Shown: positions 1 to 23,352, counted from the stretch's first letter. The stretch is DNA of 64,000 bases from the human T2T-CHM13v2.0 reference genome, Homo sapiens (GCF_009914755.1 NC_060943.1); one strand, 5' to 3'. Numbers and translations: made by a program. Notes: generated by a model not told the origin, from the sequence alone.

Positions 1-762
1 GGCCAAGATTGCGACCCTGCACTTCAACCTGGGTAACGGAGTGGGGCTCTGTCCCGCAAAAAAAAAAAAAAAGAAAGAAAGAAAAATAATGAAATTCAAA
101 TTTAGCAGCATCAGCATCCAATACTTTTATTTGCTAAATCTGGCACCACTGGGTGTAGACAACTGGGGAGAAGAAGTCTCATAACAAGGAGTGAAGACAT
201 GGCCGGGCGAGGTGGCTCACGCCTGTAATTCCAGCACTTTGGGAGGCCAAGGCGGGCAGATTACTTGAGGTCAGGAGTTCGAGACTAGCATGGCCAACAT
301 GGTGAAACCCCATCTCTACTAAACATACAAAAATTAGCCAGGTATGGTGGCTTATGCCTGTAGTCCCAGCTACTCAGGAGGCTGAGGCACAAGAATCGCT
401 TGAACCTGGAGGCAAAGGTTGCAGTGAGCCAAGATCGCGCCACTGCACTCCAGCCTGGGCAACAGAGCAAGACTGCGTCTCCAAAAAAAAAAAAAAAAAA
501 TGAGTGTAGACATGTAGGAGGCCATTGGACATGCCAGCCTTGGACTTAGGAGAGGGTTCAGTTCTGGCACAGAGGTTTGGTTTATTATTTTTTTTTTAAA
601 TAGAGACGGGGTCTTACTATGCTGCCCACGCTGGTCCAGAACTCCTGGGCTCAAGCATTCCACCTGCCTTGGCCGCCAGAAGTGCTGGGATTACAGGCAT
701 GAGCCACAGCGCCAAGATAGAGGAGGTGTGGGATTTTCTTTCTTTCTTTTTTTTTTTTTTGA

Positions 763-867
<105 letters not shown>

Positions 868-1132
868 TGAGTAGCTGGGACTACAGGCATGCACCACCAT
901 GCCCAGCTAATTTTTGTATTTTTAGTAGAGACGGGGTTTCAACATGTTGACCAGGCTGGTCTCGAACTCCTGACCTCAGATGATCCCCCTGCCTCAGCCT
1001 CCAAAGTGCTGGGATTACAGGCGTGAGCCACCACAACCAGCCGAGGTTTGGGATTTTCTTCCTGTGGCCCAAGTTGTGTCCCCGTGGCTGACGCATGCCC
1101 CTCGCTGTCTTCTCTATCCTCTCACCTGCCAG

Positions 1133-1264
1133 GAGCAGCTGCAGCTCTACTGGGCCATGGACTCCACATTTGAGCTCTGCAAGATCTGTGCTGAGAGCAA
1201 CAAGGATGTGAAGATTGAGCCGTGCGGGCACCTGCTCTGCAGCTGCTGCCTGGCTGCCTGGCAG
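1133..1264 (+). CDS. CBLC: CBLC coding exon (exon 7 if 11-exon model): linker helix with regulatory Tyr341 and N-terminal part of C3HC4 RING
   Basis: ccag|GAG...CAG|gtgggt; 132 nt = [44 protein letters not shown], the Cbl-family linker/RING signature. Confidence 0.97.
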
Positions 1265-1735
1265 GTGGGTCTGACCCCTGTGGCGCCTTCCCCTCTGGTC
1301 TCCCCCTCTCTACAGGGAAAGCCCCAAAAGGATCTCCATGCCTCATTGATCATATGGGGAAACCGAAGGCCAGAGAGGGCAAAGAGCTGATGGCAACCAC
1401 TCAGGAGCCCGGCTGTCTTTCCCAGGGCCTCTGGTTCCATCCCACTCTGCACACGCTGCCTCTGTTTCTCCCTCTCCGGCAATGTTATCAGTGGAAAGCT
1501 CTCCTTCCTTCTCTGCCTAGGTGATCCCCAGCCAGTGGCTTCACGTCTCTGAGCCTTAGCCTCGTCCCCTGGAGAACGGGGCTGAGAATAGTGACCTCCC
1601 AAAGGCCACAGTGAGGCTGGGCACGGTGGCTCACGCCTGTAATCTCAGCACTTTGGGAGGCCGGGGTGGGTGGATCACTTGAGGTCAGGAGTTCGAGACC
1701 AGCCTGGCCAACATGGTGAAAACCCGTGTCTACTA

Positions 1736-2370
<635 letters not shown>

Positions 2371-2399
2371 GTGAGCAGGGCCAGCCGGGAGCTGGAATC

Positions 2400-2725
2400 C
2401 AAATTCCTGAGGCCTGAGTGGGGAGGGACTGGAGCCTGGACTCCTGGGTCTGAGGGAGGAGAGACTGGGGGCCTGGACTCCTGGGTCTGAGGGAAGAGGG
2501 GTTGGAGCCTGTACTCTGAGTCTAAGGGAGGAGGGCTGGGGGTCCTGGACTCCTGGGTCTGAGGGAGGAGGGGCTAGGGGCCTGGACTCCTGGGTCTGAT
2601 GGAGGTGGGTATGGGGACCTGGACTCCTGGGTCTGAGGGAGGAGAATATGGGGGCCCGGACTCCTGGGTCTGAGGGAGGAAGAGCTGAGGGCCCACACTC
2701 CTGGGTTCTAGGAGAGGAGGGGGCT
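2400..2725 (-). repeat. MSR1 minisatellite, ~8-9 degenerate 36-38 bp units in CBLC intron 8
   Basis: Repeats of GGACTCCTGGGTCTGAGGGAGGAGGGG, reverse complement of the unit in the 9.5 kb array. Confidence 0.85.
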
Positions 2726-2953
2726 GATAACAAGATTCTCAGGTCCTAGGGAACTGGTCTTTTGCTTCCCCAAGGGCTGGGGCTGTGGCTTTCCCTGGCT
2801 GTAACCCTCCTAAGTGTTCATACGTTGTCTTGGTCTCTGTTATATCTTGAGTCTAGAACAGTGCCTGAATGCTGAGTCCCAGGCAGGAGAACATGGAGGC
2901 GAGAAGAAAATGGCAGCTCACAAGCCCCTTCTCCTTCCTCTGTCCCACCCCAG

Positions 2954-3031
2954 GTGCCCCTTTCGGCTCCTCCATTGCCCCCACGGCCAGATCTGCCCCC
3001 CAGGAAGCCCAGAAATGCCCAGCCGAAAGTG
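2954..3031 (+). CDS. CBLC: CBLC exon 9: proline-rich SH3-binding segment
   Basis: cag|GTG...GTG|gtgagt; 78 nt = VPLSAPPLPPRPDLPPRKPRNAQPKV. Confidence 0.95.
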
Positions 3032-3052
3032 GTGAGTCAGGCGCTGGTCTGA

Positions 3053-8380
<5,328 letters not shown>

Positions 8381-8393
8381 CCCTGTTTTTTCG

Positions 8394-8653
8394 GTTTGTT
8401 GTTGTTGTTGTTGTTGTTTTTAAAAAAGAAAGAAAAGTAAAGAAAGAGAGAGAGAAAGAAAGGGAGAGAAAGAAGGAGGGAGAGAGAAAGGAAAGAGAGA
8501 GAAATAGAAAAAGAAAGAAAGGGAGGGAGGGAAAGAGAAAAAAGAAAGAAGGAAGGAAGGAGAGAGCGAGAGAGAAAGAAGAAAGAAAGAAAAGAAAAGA
8601 AAGAAAAAGAAGAAAAAAGAAAGAGAAAAGGAAAAGAGAATAAAAGAAAGAAA
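8394..8653 (+). repeat. (TTG)n followed by ~230 bp polypurine (GA/GAAA/GGAA) low-complexity tract
   Basis: Direct reading; source of K/E/R-rich and F/S/L-rich spurious ORFs. Confidence 0.9.
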
Positions 8654-9130
8654 GGGCCTGACCCACTGGAGAGGCTTGGGAACTGTCTGTGGGGCACACA
8701 AGTGAGCAGAAGGGTGGACACATGGATGGACAGGCGGACAGACAAACTGAAACTTCATCCTACACGAGTTAGAGGTGAGAGGGAAAAGGCAGCATGGACT
8801 AGGGACAAGGCCAAAGGTCCTGTCAGATGGTGGCCGCCACCACTGTGTCACCCCTGTCCAGGGCCTGTGAAAGGACGTCCACCCAGGCTGCAGCCTAGCA
8901 GAGACATTTCTTCATCTCCTCCCCCCAGGCACTTTTGGCCCTCCCCAGACTTCGGGCCCCTCTTCTCTTGCCAAGAATTAAGGCTGTGGCCTCAGCCGCG
9001 CAGGAAGCCACCTCCAGCCCCCAGGTGGTCTGGGACTCCCAGGTCTAAGACAAAGGGGACAGGGAAGAGGGGCAGAGGGAAAGATTGGATGCCGGGAATC
9101 AACCGCCCTCTCAAAATATCTCCATTGCAG

Positions 9131-9193
9131 AGACTCCTAAAGGGGAACTCCCCTCCAGCTGCGCTGGGACCCCAGGACCCTGCCCCGGCCTGA
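9131..9193 (+). CDS. CBLC: CBLC exon 10 coding part with stop (exon continues to 9200)
   Basis: ttgcag|AGA; RLLKGNSPPAALGPQDPAPA-TGA(9191-9193) matches the Cbl-c C-terminus; donor CAG|gtgagt after 9200. Confidence 0.95.
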   Translation, partial: RLLKGNSPPAALGPQDPAPA

Positions 9194-9300
9194 AGGCCAG
9201 GTGAGTCCATTCCCTAACCCTCCCTGGCCCACTCCACCCCACTCCACCCTCCTCCACCTGGAGGTGACCTCATCTAACCCACCCCTCTCTCCGCCTACAG

Positions 9301-9388
9301 GGCACCCAGATGTGCTGCTCAAGGGAGCCCCAAGGGCTGGAAGGGGGTTGTGAAACCGAAATAAACTGCCAAGCCTGGTCTGTCCTCC
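9301..9388 (+). other. CBLC: CBLC terminal non-coding exon (3' UTR); 3' end approximate
   Basis: 100-nt GT-AG intron 9201-9300 with pyrimidine tract and ctacag acceptor; AATAAA within the exon. Confidence 0.85.
9360..9365 (+). terminator. CBLC: CBLC polyadenylation signal AATAAA
   Basis: Canonical hexamer 60 nt into last exon. Confidence 0.85.
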
Positions 9389-9410
9389 AGGGTGCAAAGG
9401 AAGAGTGCAG

Positions 9411-9429
9411 TGGCCAGCAGGGGGCAGCA
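9411..9429 (+). promoter_or_regulatory. CTCF motif, forward
   Basis: TGGCCAGCAGGGGGCAGCA, near-consensus CCASYAGRKGGCRS. Confidence 0.75.
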
Positions 9430-9486
9430 GAGGGCAGCAGGCACTGGGAAAGGGCCGTCCCCAGGCCTGGTCCCCACCTGAACAAC

Positions 9487-10857
9487 AGGAGTCCAGGCCC
9501 CAGCCCCTCCTCCCTCAGACTCAGGAGTCCATACTCCAGCCCCTCCTCCCTCAGACCCAGGAGTCCATACTGCAGCCCCTCCTCCCTCAGACCCAGGAGT
9601 CCATACTCCAGCCCCTCCTCCCTCAGACCCAGGAGTCCATACTCCAGCCCCTCCTCCCTCAGACCCAGGAGTCCATACTGCAGCCCCTCCTTCCTCAGAC
9701 CCAGGAGTCCATACTCCAGCCCCTCCTCCCTCAGACCCAGGAGTCCATACTGCAGCCCCTCCTCCCTCAGACCCAGGAGTCCATACTGCAGCCCCTCCTT
9801 CCTCAGACCCAGGAATCCATACTGCAGCCCCTTCTCCCTCAGACCCAGGAGTCCAGGCCCCAGCCCCTCCTCCCTCAGACCCAGGAGTCCATACTGCAGC
9901 CCCTCCTCCCTCAGACCCAGGAGTCCATACTCCAGCCCCTCCTCCCTCAGACCCAGGAGTCCATACTGCAGCCCCTTCTCCCTCAGACCCAGGAGTCCAG
10001 GCCCCAGCCCCTCCTCCCTCAGACCCAGGAGTCCATACTGCAGCCCCTCCTCCCTCAGACCCAGGAGTCCATACTCCAGCCCCTCCTCCCTCAGACCCAG
10101 GAGTCCATACTGCAGCCCCTCCTTCCTCAGACCCAGGAGTCCATACTGCAGCCCCTTCTCCCTCAGACCCAGGAGTCCAGGCCCCAGCCCCTCCTCCCTC
10201 AGACCCAGGAGTCCATACTGCAGCCCCTCCTCCCTCAGACCCAGGAGTCCATACTCCAGCCCCTCCTCCCTCAGACCCAGGAGTCCATACTGCAGCCCCT
10301 TCTCCCTCAGACCCAGGAGTCCATACTGCAGCCCCTCCTTCCTCAGACCCAGGAGTCCATACTGCAGCCCCTTCTCCCTCAGACCCAGGAGTCCAGGCCC
10401 CAGCCCCTCCTCCCTCAGACCCAGGAGTCCATACTGCAGCCCCTCCTCCCTCAGACCCAGGAGTCCATACTCCAGCCCCTCCTCCCTCAGACCCAGGAGT
10501 CCATACTGCAGCCCCTCCTCCCTCAGACCCAGGAGTCCATACTGCAGCCCCTCCTTCCTCAGACCCAGTAGTCCATACTGCAGCCCCTCCTCCCTCAGAC
10601 CCAGGAGTCCAGGCCCCAGCCCCTCCTCCCTCAGACCTAGGAGTCCAGGCCCCAGCCCCTCCTCCCTCAGACCCAGGAGTCCAGACCCCCAACCCCTTCT
10701 CCCTCAGACCCAGGAGTCCAGGCCCCAGCCCCTCCTCCCTCAGACCCAGGAGTCCAGACCCCCAACCCCTTCTCCCTCAGACCCAGGAGTCCAGGCCCCA
10801 GCCCCTCCTCCCTCAGACCCAGGAGTCCAGGTCCCCAGCCCCTCCACCCTCAGATCT
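9487..10857 (+). repeat. Large MSR1 minisatellite/VNTR, ~38 units (33 x 36 bp, then mixed 36/37 bp)
   Basis: Unit AGGAGTCCA(TACT[C/G]|GGCCC)CAGCCCCTCCTCCCTCAGACCC; 12-aa periodicity in three ORFs. Confidence 0.93.
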
Positions 10858-10872
10858 TCAAATGGAATCTGG

Positions 10873-16645
<5,773 letters not shown>

Positions 16646-16861
16646 GTTGGTCTCCTGTATGACCAATGGATAAAGTAACCTTGACCAGTCTAATAACTCC
16701 CAGGCTGACCTGTAATCCAAGCCTTCTCTGTATGTCTGAGCAGGCAAAGCCCAGCTCCAGGGCTACCTCAACCCCCAGGCTGATCAGAAGCTTGGGTAAC
16801 CTCTCCCAGTGTGGCCAGCGACCCCCCACCCTCCCACGTTCTGACCACTGTCCTGGGCAAC

Positions 16862-16880
16862 TAGTGACATCTAGTGGGGG
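16862..16880 (-). promoter_or_regulatory. CTCF-like motif, reverse, ~1 kb upstream of BCAM ATG
   Basis: Minus strand CCCCCACTAGATGTCACTA, one core mismatch (GGC to GTC). Confidence 0.5.
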
Positions 16881-17549
16881 ATTTTGTCCCAGTCTGACCT
16901 GGCCTGTAGGGGCCTTGGGCAGTCGGACCTGTGACCCACGCTTCCTAGCAGTGGCTGGACTCCTCCCCCTTCCCGCAGGTGCCCTGGCCTCTTCCCCTGC
17001 CCTCCTCACCTGCTCTGGCCAGTCTGACTCCTCCCTTCCCCACAAGGTTGGGAGGGAATGAAGGAGAGAGCGGGAAGGAGGAAGGGAGGGTGGCATTCCT
17101 GGGATTCCCTGGATAGGGGGAAGAGTGGGAGGGCCTTCCATGGGTGAGCAAGCAGAGAGGGCACCCCGTACCCCACCCCCAGCCCCATCATCGAAGCGGC
17201 CTAGGAGGACCTGGATTTGAAGACCATTGAAAATAAGAGATTAAACCGGTTGATTCCAGGCTACTGGTCAGACGAGGAAAGCAGCCCAGAGCACTGACCA
17301 CAGGGGAAAACATCTCCGGGCATACTGGGAGCAGCTGCTGGGGGCCACTGGTCAGGCTGCGGGGGTCACTGGTTGGACTGGGAGAGGCCAGTGCAGGCCA
17401 CTCGGACGGCACGCTTGGGGCCATTAGTTACACTGGGAGAGGCCATCGCAGGCCACAGGTTGCAGTGGGGTCCTCTGGTTAAAATCGACGATGCCAGCCC
17501 AGGCTGCTGGTCACAGTGGGGACGAGTCCCCAAGGCCCCTGGTCAGAAT

Positions 17550-17980
17550 AACGAGGAGAAGGTCCGCGATTGCCTGGTGAGATCCCAGCTCGGGTCACTG
17601 GCTACGCTGGTCGATCAGGCCCCCCGCTGCAGGCGCTGGTCAGTAAGCCCGGACAGCTCTAGGCTTGGGGGCGGACGAGCCCCGAGCCTGGCCCCGTGCA
17701 CTGGGAGGTCCGCTCCGGGCAGTGGGAGGTCCTGGCCCCGCGCCCGGGCATCGGGGGACGAGGGGGGCCTGGAGGGCGGGGCGGGGCGGGGCTGCCGGGG
17801 GCGGGGCCTCTGGCTCCCAGCCCCGCAGCGGCCGAGCTGCAGCCCGGGCTCAGTCTCCGCCGCCGCCGTGAACATGGAGCCCCCGGACGCACCGGCCCAG
17901 GCGCGCGGGGCCCCGCGGCTGCTGTTGCTCGCAGTCCTGCTGGCGGCGCACCCAGGTATGGCTCGGGCTGAGGGCAAGGT
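17550..17980 (+). promoter_or_regulatory. BCAM: BCAM CpG-island promoter with tandem GC boxes (SP/KLF)
   Basis: CpG-dense; GGGCGGGGCGGGGCGGGGC at ~17774-17792 and GGGGGCGGGGC at ~17797-17807; no TATA; consistent with the known KLF1 dependence (In(Lu) phenotype). Confidence 0.88.
17874..17955 (+). CDS. BCAM: BCAM exon 1 coding part, signal peptide
   Basis: AACATGG Kozak; MEPPDAPAQARGAPRLLLLAVLLAAHP; CAG|gtatgg; 82 nt. Confidence 0.97.
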
Positions 17981-18212
17981 GGGACTGGGGAGAGGCCCCT
18001 GGGGACCCCGGGAAAGCGAGGAGAAAGGGCTTTACCCTGACCCCAGGAAGCAAAATGTGGGGACCCCAAGGAGGAGGGATATGGGAGTGTTGGAAGGTAC
18101 GCCTTCCAGTGAGAGAGATCTGGGGACAGCCAGGCAGGAGAGCTGGGGATACCCAGGCGGTGGATCAGAGACAACCAGAGAAGTCAGCCCCCTTCCCACT
18201 CAGCACCCTGGA

Positions 18213-18300
18213 ATCTGGGTCCCACCTGCCTCCTCCCTCAGACCCTGGAATCTGGGCCCCCAGCCCCTCTTTCCTCAGACCCAGGAGTCCAGGCCTCCAG
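18213..18300 (+). repeat. Short degenerate MSR1 array, BCAM intron 1
   Basis: CCTCCTCCCTCAGACCC / CAGACCCAGGAGTCCAGGC units. Confidence 0.7.
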
Positions 18301-19644
18301 TGGCTAGAATAGCTTCCCCCAGGGCACAGAGGATCAAAACCCCAGGGCTCTCTCCCTCAAAGGTCCTCAAGTTTTGAGAGGTCCAGGGACCCCTTAGAGA
18401 AGCGAGGACCATGTGTCCCCACACCAGCGATCCACATGTATTTAGGAGTTTCCAGAGTCCAGTATAAAGAACCCGCCTCCCTCAGGAAAGGGCTGGAGCA
18501 CCAGCCCCGGGCAGTGACAGTGGAACAAAGTGTTTCCAAGTGACAGGCCCCCTTCCTGGGGCCTCAGCTACATTTACACACCTGCATGAGGATAGAAGGA
18601 GAGGAGGCCGGGGGCTGGGGGGTGGGGGTGGGGGTGCTGGGGACAGAGGGACAGAGAGATGAGAGAGATTGGGGAAGAGAGAGGAACTCTCTGCCTCCAC
18701 TTGTCTGCAGATCAGACCCAGCCTTAGGCACCAGCCTGGACCCCGTCACCCCTCCCTGGGGACAGGCTGGGGCCAGAGGTGAGCGCTTGGGAATCCAGGC
18801 CCCTGGCACACTCATGGTCAACAGTGGGTCCCCAGGGGTAGGGCTGGGCCAGATTGAGCAGAGAAGGGAAGGGAGTTTCTAAGAAGCACTGAGAGCTGAT
18901 GCCAGGATGCCAGCCCAGAGGGTGAGGGAGGGTGGTGGTTTTTCTACAATAACTACTCCACCAGGCCCCAGCCTCCTCTTCCCTCTGATCCCAGGAGTCC
19001 AGGTGCCCAGCTTCCCAAGATCCTGGGCCTCAACCTTATCCTTTTGCAAGATGACTCGACTTATCCCGTTTGCTGTTGTATCAAACTGAGGGGGGCCAAG
19101 AGGCGGCTGGGGGCTCTGGCTCCAGGCCGGGCAGGTCTCAGCCAGCCTGTCCCTCCCACATTCCTGAAACCTGCCCAGCCCTGTCCCCCCTCACCGCCCC
19201 CACACATCCATCCCGCCTAAGCTCCGGGCCCAGCCGCAGCCCACACCCCAGCCCCTCACTCATGGGAGAGCGGAAGAGACCCAGGGACTGAGTGGTGCAG
19301 GTGCAGAGAGAGGCAGAGACAGGGACAGAGATGGAGACCCAAGAGGAGAGACACACGCAAAGGTGGAGACCAGGATGGAGAGAAACATTTATCCATCATC
19401 ACAGAGGTGGCCCTGCCCAGGGTGCTGGAGGCAAATGGCTGAGCCAGGCCTGGCCCTGCCCTGGGGGGTGGCGTGTGCTCTGTTGGGATAAGCAAAGGCT
19501 GGTGCAGTATTACCCCAGGAGTGTTCAGCGGAGGCCACAGGGCCCTGTGCAGCCCAGAGGAGGAGCCCTGAGCTCTGCAAGTGCAGGGAGAGATGGATTT
19601 GAGACCCAGAGATGCAGGGAGAAGGGATGGAGGGCGAAAGGATC

Positions 19645-19890
19645 TCAGGGAGGAGGGGCTGGGGCCTAGACTCCTGGGTCTGAGGGAGGAGGGGCTGGGG
19701 CCTGGACTCCTGGGTCTGAGGGAGGAGGGGCTGGGGCCTAGACTCCTGGGTCTGAGGGAGGAGGGGCTGGGGCCTAGACTCCTGAGTCTGAGGGAGGAGG
19801 GGACAGGGGCCCAGACTCCTGGGTCTGAGGGAGGAGGGGCTGGCACCTGGACTCCTGGGTCTGAGGGAGGAGGGGCTGGGACCTGGACGC
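19645..19890 (-). repeat. MSR1 array (~7 units) at the 3' end of BCAM intron 1
   Basis: GGGAGGAGGGGCTGGGGCCT[AG]GACTCCTGGGTCTGA repeated at 36-37 bp. Confidence 0.9.
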
Positions 19891-19973
19891 TTGTGTCCTG
19901 GGGGAGAGGGGACCCTGTCTGGAGGGCTCTTCCTGTTGGTGTGGTGGATGATAGCTCAGTTGCTCTCTTGCAG

Positions 19974-20095
19974 ATGCCCAGGCGGAGGTGCGCTTGTCTG
20001 TACCCCCGCTGGTGGAGGTGATGCGAGGAAAGTCTGTCATTCTGGACTGCACCCCTACGGGAACCCACGACCATTATATGCTGGAATGGTTCCTT
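19974..20095 (+). CDS. BCAM: BCAM exon 2 (c.83-204), start of Ig V domain 1
   Basis: tgcag|AT...CTT|gtgagt; DAQAEVRLSVPPLVEVMRGKSVILDC...LEWFL. Confidence 0.97.
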
Positions 20096-20354
20096 GTGAG
20101 TGCTTGGGGCTGGGGGGCCTGGAGTCAGGGCACAGCAGGGCAGCAAAGGTTCATTCTCTCATCAGTGCCTAAGGCCTGTAGAGATCCACCAAGCCACACT
20201 CCTTGTTACAGATGGGGTCACTGAGTCCCACTGAGGGGAAGGGATCTGCAAGGTGCCCCGTGTCTAGGCACAGCCAAGTCTAGAATGACATTGACCTGCT
20301 CTGGACTGCGGGCTCTTGAGAGAGAGAACAGAGACAGACATCAAGAAAGCAGAA

Positions 20355-20734
<380 letters not shown>

Positions 20735-20911
20735 TCAAGAACTGATAGGGAATGGGGGCAGGAGAAGGTGGGGAGGGACAGAGGGACCAGGGAGACCCAT
20801 AACAAGAGGAAAAGAGGCAGAGCCAGGAGCTGCAGAGAGAAAGGACCCAGAGAGAGAGAGACTGAGGAGCGCTGGGACACCCGGAGCTGAGAGCCTGCCC
20901 CGCGCCCACAG

Positions 20912-21140
20912 ACCGACCGCTCGGGAGCTCGCCCCCGCCTAGCCTCGGCTGAGATGCAGGGCTCTGAGCTCCAGGTCACAATGCACGACACCCGGGGCCG
21001 CAGTCCCCCATACCAGCTGGACTCCCAGGGGCGCCTGGTGCTGGCTGAGGCCCAGGTGGGCGACGAGCGAGACTACGTGTGCGTGGTGAGGGCAGGGGCG
21101 GCAGGCACTGCTGAGGCCACTGCGCGGCTCAACGTGTTTG
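20912..21140 (+). CDS. BCAM: BCAM exon 3 (c.205-433); Arg77 = Lu(b)
   Basis: acag|ACC...TTTG|gtaagt; TDRSGARPRLA...DYVCVV...RLNVF; codon 77 CGC at 20936-20938. Confidence 0.97.
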
Positions 21141-21223
21141 GTAAGTGTCCTCGGGCATCCCCCGAAGGGAGGCAGGCAGGGAGGGGCGCAGGGCAGGGGC
21201 TCCTGACGTGAACGTCTTTTTCA

Positions 21224-21994
<771 letters not shown>

Positions 21995-21998
21995 TCAG

Positions 21999-22095
21999 AT
22001 CGCCACCTGCAACAGCCGGAACGGGAACCCGGCCCCCAAGATCACGTGGTATCGCAACGGGCAGCGCCTGGAGGTGCCCGTAGAGATGAACCCAG
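21999..22095 (+). CDS. BCAM: BCAM exon 5 (c.505-601)
   Basis: ctcag|ATC...CAG|gtgagc; IATCNSRNGNPAPKITWYRNGQRLEVPVEMNP. Confidence 0.97.
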
Positions 22096-22186
22096 GTGAG
22101 CAGCGCAGGAGCGCGGCGGGACGTGGGCTGGGGTGGGTGGCGGGGCTATGGCCTGGCTGACTGCCACCTCCCCCGATCTCTCCCAG

Positions 22187-22369
22187 AGGGCTACATGACC
22201 AGCCGCACGGTCCGGGAGGCCTCGGGCCTGCTCTCCCTCACCAGCACCCTCTACCTGCGGCTCCGCAAGGATGACCGAGACGCCAGCTTCCACTGCGCCG
22301 CCCACTACAGCCTGCCCGAGGGCCGCCACGGCCGCCTGGACAGCCCCACCTTCCACCTCACCCTGCACT
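22187..22369 (+). CDS. BCAM: BCAM exon 6 (c.602-784); Met204
   Basis: cccag|AG...CACT|gtgagt; EGYMTSRTVREASG...FHCAAHY...LTLH. Confidence 0.97.
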
Positions 22370-22900
22370 GTGAGTCTGTGCTGGCCTTTGACCTCTGACC
22401 TCAGGCTCCACACCTCATGAGGCCTGACCCTCCACCCGGGGGCTTCACACTCCCCTCTGACCCTCTGCCTCCCTACTTCATGCTAAAAAAAAATGTGCTA
22501 GTGCTGGCCACTGACCTCTGACCTCAATTGGTCGCACAAGCCCCATCCTGACCTCTGACCTCCGACCTCCACTTAGCACCCTGGACCCCATGAAGTTTAT
22601 GACTAAATGGTGCTTTCCACCTTCTCACACTGAATTGGGTCCCCCCATGACATCTGGCTCCAAGTCTCACACTGACCCATCGCCCATACGGACCTCTGAC
22701 TCTTGACCTATACTCTTAGTTTATTTCAACCTCTGAACTCTGGCACTCAGAATAATTGTGAACCTGAGGCTTGAAACCTATGACCCGTAACCTTTGACCC
22801 GCCATAGCCCTCACCTGGGATGCAGGGCTGACCTCTCGCCTGTCCTCTAGCCTTGACCCTTCCCCTGATCACAATTCCCATCTCCCTGCCCTTCCCTTAG

Positions 22901-23037
22901 ATCCCACGGAGCACGTGCAGTTCTGGGTGGGCAGCCCGTCCACCCCAGCAGGCTGGGTACGCGAGGGTGACACTGTCCAGCTGCTCTGCCGGGGGGACGG
23001 CAGCCCCAGCCCGGAGTATACGCTTTTCCGCCTTCAG
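22901..23037 (+). CDS. BCAM: BCAM exon 7 (c.785-921); Ser275
   Basis: cttag|AT...CAG|gtgacc; YPTEHVQFWVGSPSTPAGWVREGDTVQLLCRGDG...FRLQ. Confidence 0.97.
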
Positions 23038-23352
23038 GTGACCCACCCAAGGGTCCCTCTGGGATCCACCCCCCAGCCCCTGACCTCTGTGACCTGCTAA
23101 CCTGCATAACTTCTAATGTGGGACCTGGGAGTCCCCATGGCTTAGGCAGCCACCTGATCTGGTGGCCCACGAACTAAAAGGACCTCTGACCCCTGATTTG
23201 AGAGAGTCAGGACTTAGCATGCCACCTGACTTGATGGCCCCTGACCCCTGATTCTGGCTTAGCATGACACTAACCTGGTGGCTTCTGACCTAGCATGAGC
23301 CCGCTGAACCGGGGTGGCTTCTGAGCCTGGTTCCTCGTCCCCCGTCTCCCAG

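Noticed and set aside
9487-10857. CRISPR-like appearance of 36-bp repeats
   Set aside because: Head-to-tail units with no unique spacers, no cas genes, human context
17373-18377. 334-aa ORF extending BCAM exon 1 both ways
   Set aside because: Starts at TTG upstream of the promoter GC boxes and reads into intron 1; GC-rich stop scarcity. The in-frame GCCGCCGTG two codons before the ATG would only lengthen a cleaved signal peptide
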